Source: Abditibacterium sp. (GTDB lineage Bacteria > Armatimonadota > Abditibacteriia > Abditibacteriales > Abditibacteriaceae). From it: DNA of 64,000 bases. Made by a program: the position numbers and the translations under genes. Under the pieces are notes generated by a model. It ran no database searches, had not been told where the DNA came from, and worked only from the letters and a program-made list of their open reading frames with translations. Positions 31,901 through 40,585 of this stretch are shown here, one piece after another; the stretch's first letter is position 1, and each line of letters begins with the position of its first letter. The stretch is taken from contig CBDASK010000003.1 of NCBI GenBank assembly GCA_965199495.1, positions 3,904,001 to 3,968,000 on the forward strand. Direction: 5' to 3'.

Positions 31901-33205
31901 TTGCGCGCCGACGGCTCGCAGTTTTGGGCGAGCAACGTCACCAACGCGCTTTTCGACGCCAACGACAATTTGCGCGGTTACGTGAAAATCGTGCGCGACA
32001 TGAGCGAGAGCCGCGAGGCCGAAGACCGTTTGCGCGCGGCCAACGAAGAATTAGAAAGCCGCGTCGCGCAGCGCACGGCGGAACTCGAAGAAATCAACGA
32101 CGCGCTCAACGCCGAAAACCTGGAGCGCCGGCAGGCCGAAGACGGACGTTTGGTTTTAGTGCGCCAGTTGGAAGGCGAATTAGATCGCCTGCAGCAGTTG
32201 TTGCAGGGCATTCCGGCGGGCGTGATTATCGCGCACTCCGACCGGCGCCCGCTTTTCGTCAACACGCGCGCGCGCCTGACTTTAGGCATGGCCGATGGCG
32301 TCGAATCCGACGAGGCCGTGCGGACGTGGCTGTATGAAGACGGCGGCCCGCTGGAGCGCGCGCTGGAAGGCGAAAACGTGACCAACGAAGAGCGCGAGTT
32401 CGCGCGCGACGACGAAAATCCGCTTTCGCTGAGCGTGAGCGCCGAGCCGATTCCCGACGCTTTGACGCCCGGCGAATCGCCGATTGCGGCGGCGATTGTG
32501 GCGTTTCAGGACACCACCGAGCGCAAGCGCGCCGAAGTCGCGCGCCAGCAACTGTTGCAGCGTTTGGTCGGCGCGCAGGAAGAAGAGCGCACGCGCATTT
32601 CGCGCGAACTGCACGACCAAATGGGCCAATCGCTGACCGCGCTTTTGATGGCGATTAACTCGATTATCGAGGGCAGTCCCAACGCATCTAACGTCGAAGA
32701 ACGGTTGGACAAACTGAAAGTTTCGGTCGAAGAATTAATGGATCAGGCGCATCTGTTGGCGTGGGAACTGCGTCCGCCCTCACTCGATAATCTGGGACTG
32801 CGCGCGGCGTTAGAGCAGTATTTGAACGAGTGGAGCCGCTCGACTGGCGTGCGCGCCGACTTCGCCAGTCGCGGTTTGAACAATCTGGAACGTTTGGATA
32901 AAGTCGTCGAAACCACGCTTTATCGCGTGGTGCAGGAGGCGCTCAACAACGTCAATCGCCACGCCGATGCCGAAATGGTGAGCGTTTTGTTGGAGCGCAT
33001 GGACGGCAACGTGACCGCGATTGTCGAAGACAACGGGCGCGGCTTCGATGTCGAAGCGATAATTTCGGGCAACTCGGAGCGTTTGGGTTTGGTCGGAATG
33101 CGCGAGCGCATCGAACTTGTCGGCGGCAGTTTGGCCATCGAATCGAGCGAAGGGCAGGGCACGACGGTTTATGCGCGCGTCGCGACGGGCAAGCGCGTGG
33201 AGTAG
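28991..33205 (+). CDS. CheB methylesterase-CheR methyltransferase-coiled coil-PAS-histidine kinase (HisKA_3) fusion
   Basis: GGSAGA, HLSP, DGSIGL (CheB). VTNFFRD, GCATGEEAYS, ISCRNLLIY (CheR). SNEELQ repeats, PAS domains, ISRELHDQMGQ, QEALNN, DNGRGF, GLVGMRER. Confidence 0.93.
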   Translation: MSQSTTLQTPDADLHIRTIDGEPTTDAEILPLQNGKFPIIGLGGSAGAIEPLQTFFSNMPPNPGMAFVVIMHLSPDYESNLDSILAKVTKMPVIQVNQNQKIEANHVYVIPPTHLLSMEDTHIELAQLQRENGKRVAVDLFFRALAESQEARAICIVLSGTDSDGSIGLKRVKERGGLTIAQEPDEAQYDEMPRNAIETGMVDWILPVAQMPARLLKMLSKEPSLRLPSVHPPTQESGGADAETALRQILEFLEASTGHNFIHYKRATILRRLARRLQVNGLEDLPSYLDYMRTNAGESVALLQDLLISVTNFFRDKTAFEALEMMLPSLLRGKNENEQIRVWVSGCATGEEAYSLAMILAEYVENHAPTLKVQVFATDIDTGAIAFAREGLYPTSIVADVSPERLRRFFVPEQGRYRIRKDLRETVLFAAHNLLRDPPFSTLDLISCRNLLIYFGSEAQERVFDTFHFALRPGGHLMLGSSEAVGASPLFSPLDKRNRIFERREMPRPALPLQTLQVPALPRRRSTAILPATLLPPATLGATPGDAVAARAEVQEERGFSNFGELHLQLLEEYAPPSILVNEDYDIVHLSDGAGRFLQWGGGEVSINLLKVAPPELRLELQTALFQALQSGERVEVPQLPVRTDGQLRSVRLMVRPLMREGAGQSFLLVIFELQSETPQLAPIADEPVARRLETELQHVRTQLKATSRQYEVSTEELKASNEELQAMNEELRSATEELETGREELQSVNEELITVNAELKHKVEEVSLANSNLNNLMASTEIATIFLDRVGRIRRYTPRAIELFHLIPTDVGRPLADLRHKFRYEDWARDAQKTLADLSVIEHEVRTQDGQWFLSRMLPYRTVEDHIDGVVLTFVDITARKNAEEATRSSEERFRLLVGGVQDYAIFLFDENGTITSWNSGVERVLGYRQSQWIGRNWNILFPPDERYKCAEIMERARNNNGAVSERWELRADGSQFWASNVTNALFDANDNLRGYVKIVRDMSESREAEDRLRAANEELESRVAQRTAELEEINDALNAENLERRQAEDGRLVLVRQLEGELDRLQQLLQGIPAGVIIAHSDRRPLFVNTRARLTLGMADGVESDEAVRTWLYEDGGPLERALEGENVTNEEREFARDDENPLSLSVSAEPIPDALTPGESPIAAAIVAFQDTTERKRAEVARQQLLQRLVGAQEEERTRISRELHDQMGQSLTALLMAINSIIEGSPNASNVEERLDKLKVSVEELMDQAHLLAWELRPPSLDNLGLRAALEQYLNEWSRSTGVRADFASRGLNNLERLDKVVETTLYRVVQEALNNVNRHADAEMVSVLLERMDGNVTAIVEDNGRGFDVEAIISGNSERLGLVGMRERIELVGGSLAIESSEGQGTTVYARVATGKRVE

Positions 33206-33434
33206 AAGTTTGGTTTTAAGGTGAGCGAATGTTATCTCTCGACCGGCCCCCTCCCCAGCCCTCCCCCGTGCCGGGAGAGGGGGCACTTCTGAGCAGGTTT
33301 ACTTTCGTTCAACTCACTTAAAAGAAAGTTGACAAAAACATTACTTTCCTGAGAGTGCCCCTCTCCCGGCACGGGGGAGGGCTGGGGAGGGGGCCGGTCG
33401 AGAGATAACATTCGCTCACCTTAAAACCAACTTT
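33206..33434. repeat. Long inverted repeat, CCCTCCCC...GGGAGAGGG family
   Basis: About 70-bp near-perfect arms that fill the whole intergenic space. Confidence 0.88.
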
Positions 33435-34691
33435 ATGTCCACAGACGACGCTTTATTAGAAGCCACTTCGCGTCAGGCTTTTACCTATTTCGAGCAATAC
33501 GCCAACCCGGAAAACGGCTTGATCGCCGATTCGTCGCGCGCTCATTCACCCGCGTCCATCGCCGCGACGGGCATGGCATTGTCGCTTTATCCAATCGCGG
33601 CCCAGCGCGGTTGGTGGCGACGCAGCCACGCCGCCGATGTGACGCTCAAGACGCTGCGGTTTTTCGCCAATTCCGCGTGTAACGAGAAGCCTGATGCGAC
33701 GGGAAATCGCGGGTTTTATTATCATTTTCTCGATATGCGTAGCGGGAAGCGCGCGGGAAAATGCGAATTGAGTTCGATTGACAGCGCGCTTTTACTCGCC
33801 GGATTTTTGACAGCGCGCGCTTATTTCGATTTGGATACGCCCGATGAACGCGAAATTCGCGAGCGTGCCACCGAATTATTTGCGCGCGCCGATTGGCCGT
33901 GGCTGCTTGATGCGGCGGGCGCGGTTGCACTGGGTTGGCGGCCCAAGCGCGGGTTTTTGCCTCACCAGTGGCGCGGCTACAACGAAGGTTTGTTGATTTC
34001 GATTTTGGGATTGGGTTCGCCGTCGCATCCGTTGCCCGACGAAAATTACGCGCAGTGGTGTTCGACTTACAAATGGAAGACGATTTACGGACACGAATTT
34101 TTGTATGCCGGGCCGTTGTTCATTCATCAATTTCCGCAAATGTGGCTCGATTTGCGCGGCGTGCAAGACGATTTCATGCGCGAAAAGGGCAGTGATTATT
34201 TCGAGAATAGTCGGCGTGCGACGTTTGTTCAGCGCGAATATGCGCGGCGTAATCCGCGCGGTTGGGATGGTTACAGCGCAGAGAACTGGGGCATTTCGGC
34301 GTCCGATGGGCCGGGGCCAGCGTTGCGCCAGCACAACGGAAAATCGCGCCGATTCGCTGGTTATGCCGCGCGCGGTGTGCCGTGGGGCAAAGACGACGGC
34401 ACGCTTTCGCCGTGGGCGGCGATTGCCAGTTTGCCGTTCGCTCCCGACATCGTGCTGCCGTTGATGCACCAAACGTCAGCGCGCCATCTCGATTTCGAGG
34501 CGACGCATAATCCGTCGTTCGACGATTGGATTTGTCCGATTCGATTGGGCATCAATCAGGCGCCGATGGTGGCGATGATCGAAAATTATCGCAGCGGTTT
34601 GTTATGGGATTTGCTGCGCGATTGCGACGTGATACAACGCGGTTTGGCGCGCGCGGGCTTTAGGAAAAACAGTTTCGATGGGCGCACTTGA
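33435..34691 (+). CDS. Putative glucoamylase / DUF3131 (GH144-like beta-1,2-glucanase) family protein
   Basis: F-YF---ANP-NGL--D, SIAATG, GFYYHF, SSIDSA, GYNE, GPLFIHQ, WGISASDGP, QAPMVAMIENYRSG. Confidence 0.8.
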   Translation: MSTDDALLEATSRQAFTYFEQYANPENGLIADSSRAHSPASIAATGMALSLYPIAAQRGWWRRSHAADVTLKTLRFFANSACNEKPDATGNRGFYYHFLDMRSGKRAGKCELSSIDSALLLAGFLTARAYFDLDTPDEREIRERATELFARADWPWLLDAAGAVALGWRPKRGFLPHQWRGYNEGLLISILGLGSPSHPLPDENYAQWCSTYKWKTIYGHEFLYAGPLFIHQFPQMWLDLRGVQDDFMREKGSDYFENSRRATFVQREYARRNPRGWDGYSAENWGISASDGPGPALRQHNGKSRRFAGYAARGVPWGKDDGTLSPWAAIASLPFAPDIVLPLMHQTSARHLDFEATHNPSFDDWICPIRLGINQAPMVAMIENYRSGLLWDLLRDCDVIQRGLARAGFRKNSFDGRT

Positions 34692-34798
34692 TGGCGAATG
34701 CGACTTCGTAGAATTCGCGCGGCGGAGCCTTTGACGCTTAAACTGAATTTGCGGGGAATTTATTCCCCGCAGTTAAATATTTAAGGAGAATTTCCGCT

Positions 34799-37435
34799 AT
34801 TTCCGAACTGACTTGCCGCGACATCCACGCGCACGCTTGCCCGCAAATTATCAAACCCGAATATGCGTTTTGCCCAATTTGCGGGCGCCCGACGGTTGGC
34901 GTGAGCGCCTCGCCATCGGCGGCGCAGGTCGTTTTGGCGCCCGGCCAGAACACGTTGAGTTTGCCGCTTCGCGTCGTTGGTCAGGCCAAAGTCGTGGTGC
35001 GCGCGCGCGTGGCTGCTGCCGAACCGGTGCGCTTTAAAACGCGCGAAGGCATTGACACAATATTCGATGGCAGCGCGCCCAAACCCGAAAACGCCGGGCC
35101 GCTCACCATCACTTTGCCGATGGTGTGGACAGACACGCAGAGGCCCTCGCTCGAAGTGCCCCGGCAAGTGCCGCTCCATTTGGAAACGCTCGACGGGCCG
35201 CCGCGCGATATTTTTAATGTCGAACCGGCCAACCGCGCGCGCGCTTGGGCGCCGCTGGTTTTGCAGGTCAGCTCGCCGCGCCCGGCGAAGTTGGAAATCG
35301 CGACCGAAATTTTATTGCTGAGCGGGCGCGAGCGAGAGCGCGAATTGGAATTGATCAACTCTGGCGATTCACCGCTGCAACTGCGTCCGCCTGTTGTGCC
35401 GGTTGGTTTTGAAATTAGCGCGCGCGATTCGGGCAACAGCGGCGAATGGACGCTATTGCCGGGCACGCGCAAAGTTTGGAATGTGCGCGCTTTAAGTCCC
35501 GCGCCCGCAGGAGCCACGGCGATGGCATTGCATAATCTGGTGGGCGTCGAGTTGGGAAAAATCACGATGCTCGTGCCCGCGCGTAGCGCCTTGGCGACGC
35601 GCACACGATATGTCATCGGCGTGGATTTCGGCACGTCGGGCACTTCGATTTATCAACGCGATGGCCGCGATGACAATCAGAAAGCGGTCGCATTATTAGA
35701 CGTTAAAGCGCGCGCGGGCGTGGACGATCCCAAACGATTTCCGACGGTGCTTTATGTCTCGTTCAAAAACGGGTTGGAAAGCGGCTTTTATATCGGTTAC
35801 GAAGCCTTGCAAAAACAACAGCAAAAAGAGGGCGATTCGCCCGGTTTGTTTGTGCGCGAAATCAAAAGTTTGCTGCGCACCGACGAAGAACCGTTCGCGT
35901 TGCAGTTCGGCCCCAACTATCGCGTGGATTTGCTGCTGCGGCGGTTTTTGCAAAAATTGCGCGAGCAAATCATCGAGCCGCAACTCGAAGGCGGCAGAGC
36001 GGCGAGCGTGGCGTGGAATTTTTCGCTGCCAGTTTTGGATTCGCACGCGGGCGGTTCACGCCAGTTGTTCGAGCGCCAGAAAAGCCGTTTGGAAAACGCG
36101 ATTCGCGACGCGGGCACCATCAAAACCGGCGACGAATTAGAATTTTTCACCGAGCCGTTTTGCGCGGCGGTTTATCTGTTATTGGGACACGGCAATTATC
36201 GCTATCCGCGCAATCGCGGGCCGCGCGATGGCGATTGGGCGTGCATTTTCGATTCGGGCGGCGGCACGACCGATGTCGTTTTGGGACGATTGCGCTTGGA
36301 AAATGGTCAGATGCGTTTCGAGGAAACGCGCGCGCTGGGCGGCTATCAAAAAGCGGGCGAAGAGAAAGTCACGACGTTTGGCGGCGAATTATTGACGCGC
36401 AAAACCGCGATTTATCTATCGGTCTGGCAACGGCCCGGCGACTCTCAGAATCGCGAAGATCGCTCTTATTCATTGGTCTTACACGAAGTCGCGCGGCTCA
36501 GTCGCCGAGGCGCGTTGGGCAATCGCGACGAGAGAACTGTCGCCGACGATTTGCGCACAGTCGCGGCCCTCGCGCCCGATAACGAAGAGATTTTCATGCA
36601 GCCCAAAGTCGTGCTGGACAAGAAAATCAAAACCAATCCGTGGGTCGAGTTTTACGATTTGTGGGAAGATGTCGAACGGTTCAAACGCCAGTTGGCTTCG
36701 GTCGCGTTGCCGGGCGCGACGGTGAATTTGCCGTTTCCCTCGCGCGAAAGCGATGACAAAACGTTTCCGGTTGCCATCGTGCGCCGCGAGTTCGATGAAG
36801 TCGTGGTTAATCGCCGCTTGGACGCGATGAGCGCGGCAATGCAAACGCAGATTTTTGGCGGCGAAGATGTCGCCGCGCCCGCCGAAGTGCGCTGGGTTTT
36901 TGGCGTGGGCGGCAATTGTCGCGTGCGGCGCGTGCAAGATTGGCTGGGCGAGTTTTTCCCCGACCGCAACAGCGTGCAAGATTTGACCGTGGTGAGCGGC
37001 GGTTTAGCCGACGAATCCGACCGCATGCTCGCCGTGGCTGGTGGCGCGGTGTGGGCGAATAAAGCCTCGCGCGACAATACTCTGCCCTATGCGATTCGCG
37101 TCGAAGGCGCGGGCGAAACGATTTTCGAGGCGCAGGCTTATGTGCCGCTGGGCGACATCGAGCCAATCGAGAAAATTTATCAGATGATTTACGGCCACCA
37201 AATCGAGTTGCGTTGTATCTTGAGCGGCGACATCGGCGGGCCAAATGGATCCGTTCCGTTCGAGGGCGCTGTCGGGCGCTTTACCCTCGCCAACCGCGAA
37301 ATGGACGCCAAAGCGCCCGCGCATGAAACGCCGATGCGCAACATCAGCGTGCGCATCGGTTTAGAAGGGCGCACGCTACGCGCGTGGAGCGATGAAGCGG
37401 GCGAAACGCGGGAAGTTTTCGCGTTTAGTTTTTGA
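34799..37435 (+). CDS. Hsp70/actin-fold ATPase with N-terminal Zn ribbon and Ig-like region; no canonical DnaK substrate-binding domain
   Basis: IGVDFGTSGT, FTEPFCAA, IFDSGGGTTDV, FGG, ERFKRQL, GVGGNCRV, AVAGGA. The frame is open upstream of GTG 34901 to 34742 and encodes C-x7-C...FCPICG, with AAGGAG 10 nt before ATT 34799. Confidence 0.8.
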   Translation: MSELTCRDIHAHACPQIIKPEYAFCPICGRPTVGVSASPSAAQVVLAPGQNTLSLPLRVVGQAKVVVRARVAAAEPVRFKTREGIDTIFDGSAPKPENAGPLTITLPMVWTDTQRPSLEVPRQVPLHLETLDGPPRDIFNVEPANRARAWAPLVLQVSSPRPAKLEIATEILLLSGRERERELELINSGDSPLQLRPPVVPVGFEISARDSGNSGEWTLLPGTRKVWNVRALSPAPAGATAMALHNLVGVELGKITMLVPARSALATRTRYVIGVDFGTSGTSIYQRDGRDDNQKAVALLDVKARAGVDDPKRFPTVLYVSFKNGLESGFYIGYEALQKQQQKEGDSPGLFVREIKSLLRTDEEPFALQFGPNYRVDLLLRRFLQKLREQIIEPQLEGGRAASVAWNFSLPVLDSHAGGSRQLFERQKSRLENAIRDAGTIKTGDELEFFTEPFCAAVYLLLGHGNYRYPRNRGPRDGDWACIFDSGGGTTDVVLGRLRLENGQMRFEETRALGGYQKAGEEKVTTFGGELLTRKTAIYLSVWQRPGDSQNREDRSYSLVLHEVARLSRRGALGNRDERTVADDLRTVAALAPDNEEIFMQPKVVLDKKIKTNPWVEFYDLWEDVERFKRQLASVALPGATVNLPFPSRESDDKTFPVAIVRREFDEVVVNRRLDAMSAAMQTQIFGGEDVAAPAEVRWVFGVGGNCRVRRVQDWLGEFFPDRNSVQDLTVVSGGLADESDRMLAVAGGAVWANKASRDNTLPYAIRVEGAGETIFEAQAYVPLGDIEPIEKIYQMIYGHQIELRCILSGDIGGPNGSVPFEGAVGRFTLANREMDAKAPAHETPMRNISVRIGLEGRTLRAWSDEAGETREVFAFSF

Positions 37436-37460
37436 GATTAATAAGGCTGTTTCTACAAAC

Positions 37461-37639
37461 AGAAGTGAAGCAATTGGCCCACATTGTCATTCTGAGCGCA
37501 GTGAGGCACGAACGAAGTCGAAGAATCCATAGGTCGCGCGTTGACTTGGCCTCGATTGTGTCCAGAGTTGTGGATTCTTCGACTTCGTTCGTGCCTCACT
37601 GCGCTCAGAATGACAATGTGGGCCAATTGCTTCACTTCT
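37461..37639. repeat. Long inverted repeat, TGTCATTCTGAGCG...CGAAGAATC family
   Basis: Perfect 69-bp arms. The two ORF translations on opposite strands are nearly identical for this reason. Confidence 0.92.
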
Positions 37640-37652
37640 AAAAACCAAAATT

Positions 37653-38663
37653 ATGCTGCCATCCACTCGCAAAGACCTCGAAGAACGCATCGAATCCGTG
37701 CAAAGCGGGCAAACCCAACTCGAAGCAAAATTGGACGCGTTGCCCGCGCGATTGACGGCGGCGATGCAAAACGAAACCGCGCACATCGGCCAATTATTGG
37801 AGGCACAGCAGAAGGGCGTGACTCAACAATTATCCGAAACCAAAGGCGAACTTTTGCAAGCGAATCAATCGGATAAAACCGAAATTTTGCAGGCGCTGGC
37901 CGACGTGGCTCTGCTTCAGCAAAAGCAATTCGCCGCGTTGCAGGCTGAGTTCGCTCAACAATTGGACAACGTAAATTCTCGCATTGAAAACTTCGAGATC
38001 GCGTGGCGCCAAAATATAAGCGCGCCGATTGATGATACGTCGGAGGAAGCGGTGCGCGCGTGGAGCGAGCAAATCGGCGCGCGCCTCAAGGCGTTCGGTG
38101 CAGCCACCGGCATGGCGCGCGCTTTCGCGTTACAATTGTTTCAAGAGTTGAAAGAACTCAAAACGCTCGATGCGCAGTTAAGCGAAAATCAACTGGATTT
38201 CGCCGATAATTTGGACGATTTGCAACGCGTCTTATTCGTCGAACGGGCGTTGCCGTGGACGTGTCTGACGCCGCATAACTCGACCGATGTGCAGCGGCGC
38301 GAACTGCGAATTTTGGAAACCGCCATCGCGCAATTGCGCTCCTATGAACAGGAACGCTTGCTGCAAATAGCGGGCATTCGCCCGCTCGAAATCGTGCCCG
38401 GTGGCACGCCGTTCGATGCGAGCGTTCATGAAAGCAACGAATTTCTCGAAGTTCCCACGCCCGACGAGAGCAAGCATAATTTGATTTTGTCGGTCGAAAA
38501 ACCGGGGTTTCAGCAGGTTTCGGATGCGAGCGCGCCGCAGTTATTGCGCCCGGCGCGCGTGCGGCGCTATGTGTTTCACCGGTCGGATAACACAGCGCCG
38601 GTTGTGGCGGAAATTGATGAAACGATGGACGAGGCGATGCCGCGCGTTTCGGGGCAGTTATGA
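37653..38663 (+). CDS. Coiled-coil protein with C-terminal GrpE-like domain
   Basis: Gln/Glu/Leu coiled coil, then GTPFDASVHES...ILSVEKPGF...LLRPARV, which matches the GrpE FDP--HEA / KGY / LRPA-V pattern. Confidence 0.72.
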   Translation: MLPSTRKDLEERIESVQSGQTQLEAKLDALPARLTAAMQNETAHIGQLLEAQQKGVTQQLSETKGELLQANQSDKTEILQALADVALLQQKQFAALQAEFAQQLDNVNSRIENFEIAWRQNISAPIDDTSEEAVRAWSEQIGARLKAFGAATGMARAFALQLFQELKELKTLDAQLSENQLDFADNLDDLQRVLFVERALPWTCLTPHNSTDVQRRELRILETAIAQLRSYEQERLLQIAGIRPLEIVPGGTPFDASVHESNEFLEVPTPDESKHNLILSVEKPGFQQVSDASAPQLLRPARVRRYVFHRSDNTAPVVAEIDETMDEAMPRVSGQL

Positions 38664-38689
38664 AATTAATCGCTTTGTATAAATCGCGA

Positions 38690-38777
38690 ACCAATTCAAG
38701 CGGGGCTGGCGCACCCTTCCAATCGGAATTTCTTCGCACCAAGATTGGAAGGGGGCGCCAGCCCCGCTTGAATTGGT
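38690..38777. repeat. Palindromic repeat (CTTCCAATC/GATTGGAAG family), copy 2
   Basis: Arms ACCAATTCAAGCGGGGCTGGCGCACCCTTCCAATC / GATTGGAAGGGGGCGCCAGCCCCGCTTGAATTGGT. Confidence 0.85.
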
Positions 38778-38826
38778 CTCGCCTCAAAACTGAGTTGTAT
38801 CAAACCTTTTGTCACATTAAATTTCC

Positions 38827-40395
38827 ATGATATGCAGTCAATGTAAACAGCGCAATTCGCCGCCCAACGCGCGGTTTTGCGTGGATTGTGGCTACGCTTT
38901 GTTGCAGCCGTGCCCTTATGCGTGCGGCCACGCGGTGTTGCCGGTGCGCGCCGATAATCCCGTCGCGCAGTGTCCGAGTTGCGCGCGATTCACGGTTTAT
39001 TGCCCGTCGTGTTTTCGGCTGGGCACGCTCGGCGAGCGCGCTTGCCCGACGCGGCGTTGCGCCATCGCGGGCGTGCAGATGCGCGAGCCGTTTGGGCATC
39101 ATAGTGGGCGCGCGGGTGGGGCGCCACTCGAATTGCGCTCACCGTGGCAAGGTGCGCGGCCCCATCTGCTCAAGCCCGACGTGCAGGTCAAAGCGACCGG
39201 GCAACGTTGCGGCGGCGTGGCTTCGCGCTATGGCCAGTTCGTGTGGTGGAAAGAGGACAAACTGTTTCTGTGGCCCGCGCCGACTCCGGGTAATTATTGG
39301 TCGTCGGAGAAACTGCGCACCGCGAGCGCGATTTATCCCCTATTTCGCGGCGGCATTTTTCCGCATCGTGAGGCGCTCTTGTTGGCGCATGGCAACGCTT
39401 ATTTGTTGGGCGATAAAACCGCGCTGCGCGTTCCGCTCGGCGCAACCGATGAATCCGCCCAAACGCTGGCGATGAGCGCGCGCGCCGAATTTAATTCGAC
39501 AAACGATGAATTGGACTGGGAAAACGTGAGTCGGGCGCCAGCAGCCACGGCGAACGATTGGCAAGCGCATCAAATCGAATGGCTGGCGCAAAATGAGACT
39601 TCGACGCGTTGGTTGGGATTGGGCGAAGTCGGCGGCCAACTCATCGGTGTAAGGGCGCGCGCTTCGGGCGCGTTGTTCGAGGGCGAGCGCTGGCAGTTGC
39701 CCGCCGAAATCACGCTCAACGACTGGCAAGATTTATTGGTGTGGAACGACGCGCCCGTTTTATTGTGCGAGCGCGCGTTGTGGTGCGAAACTGAGCGCGG
39801 CTGGGAAAAAATCTTCGAGTTGCCGAATTCGCCAGCCGAATTCTCATTGCGCGGCGCGATGGTCGCGGGCACGGATTTATGGTTTTGGGGCAGCGAAACC
39901 GGGCGTTTATGGGTCGAACGCCGCAGCGCCGATGGTTTGAGCGCGCGCGCTTCGATGCGTTTTGAGGCCGACGACCGCATTGATTCGATGCCGGTGGCTG
40001 ATGGCACGCGCATCACGTTTTTCGTGGCCGGATCGCGCAACGGCGTGGCGACGCTCGATGTGTTGCGCCCGCTCGACGATTCGCAATTCCAACAAATTCC
40101 CGCCGCCAGCATCGTGTTGTGGACGGGCGCAGCGCGGTTCGAGAAGACAGGCCAAAGTTGGCTCCTTTACGCGGTTGACGATGGCGAATTGATCAAATTG
40201 CAGATGATCGAGCAATCGCCCGCACCTTCACCGCCGCTCGAACTAACGCGATTCGCGCCGTTTCGCGACGCTTACGGTTCGTCCAAAGGCGCGACGTTGG
40301 CCGCGACCATCAGCGGCGATTGTTTGATGGTGGCGCTCTTTGGCACGATTCGCGGCGAGCCCATCGTGCGTTTATTGGGATTTTCGTGGGGATAG
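38827..40395 (+). CDS. Multi zinc-ribbon protein with Trp-rich, beta-rich (propeller-like) C-terminal region
   Basis: CSQC, FCVDCG, CPYAC, CPSC, CPSC and CPTRRC in the first 80 aa. Propeller assignment is an inference. Confidence 0.65.
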   Translation: MICSQCKQRNSPPNARFCVDCGYALLQPCPYACGHAVLPVRADNPVAQCPSCARFTVYCPSCFRLGTLGERACPTRRCAIAGVQMREPFGHHSGRAGGAPLELRSPWQGARPHLLKPDVQVKATGQRCGGVASRYGQFVWWKEDKLFLWPAPTPGNYWSSEKLRTASAIYPLFRGGIFPHREALLLAHGNAYLLGDKTALRVPLGATDESAQTLAMSARAEFNSTNDELDWENVSRAPAATANDWQAHQIEWLAQNETSTRWLGLGEVGGQLIGVRARASGALFEGERWQLPAEITLNDWQDLLVWNDAPVLLCERALWCETERGWEKIFELPNSPAEFSLRGAMVAGTDLWFWGSETGRLWVERRSADGLSARASMRFEADDRIDSMPVADGTRITFFVAGSRNGVATLDVLRPLDDSQFQQIPAASIVLWTGAARFEKTGQSWLLYAVDDGELIKLQMIEQSPAPSPPLELTRFAPFRDAYGSSKGATLAATISGDCLMVALFGTIRGEPIVRLLGFSWG

Positions 40396-40439
40396 TTGCG
40401 CGGATTTTGTGTGGATTATATGCGTAAGTTCTATTGGGC

Positions 40440-40464
40440 GCCTCACTGCGCTCAGAATGACAAT
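40440..40464. repeat. Solo half-copy of the TGTCATTCTGAGCG repeat
   Basis: GCCTCACTGCGCTCAGAATGACAAT is identical to part of the right arm of 37461-37639. Confidence 0.8.
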
Positions 40465-40585
40465 AGGAGCATTTTTCGGGCATGAAATTTCTCTGTGACT
40501 ACCACGACAATCGCGCGGATTTCGTCACCTCCGCCGCTCCGTTACGATAAAATAGAAAGCAGACTGGCTCAGGCCAAATTCACTT

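Noticed and set aside
37432..37641. Short ORFs on both strands with nearly identical translations
   Set aside because: Artefact of the perfect inverted repeat.
34901..38663. Housekeeping dnaK-grpE operon
   Set aside because: The ATPase lacks DnaK-specific motifs and the substrate-binding domain, has an extra N-terminal region, and there is no dnaJ or hrcA.
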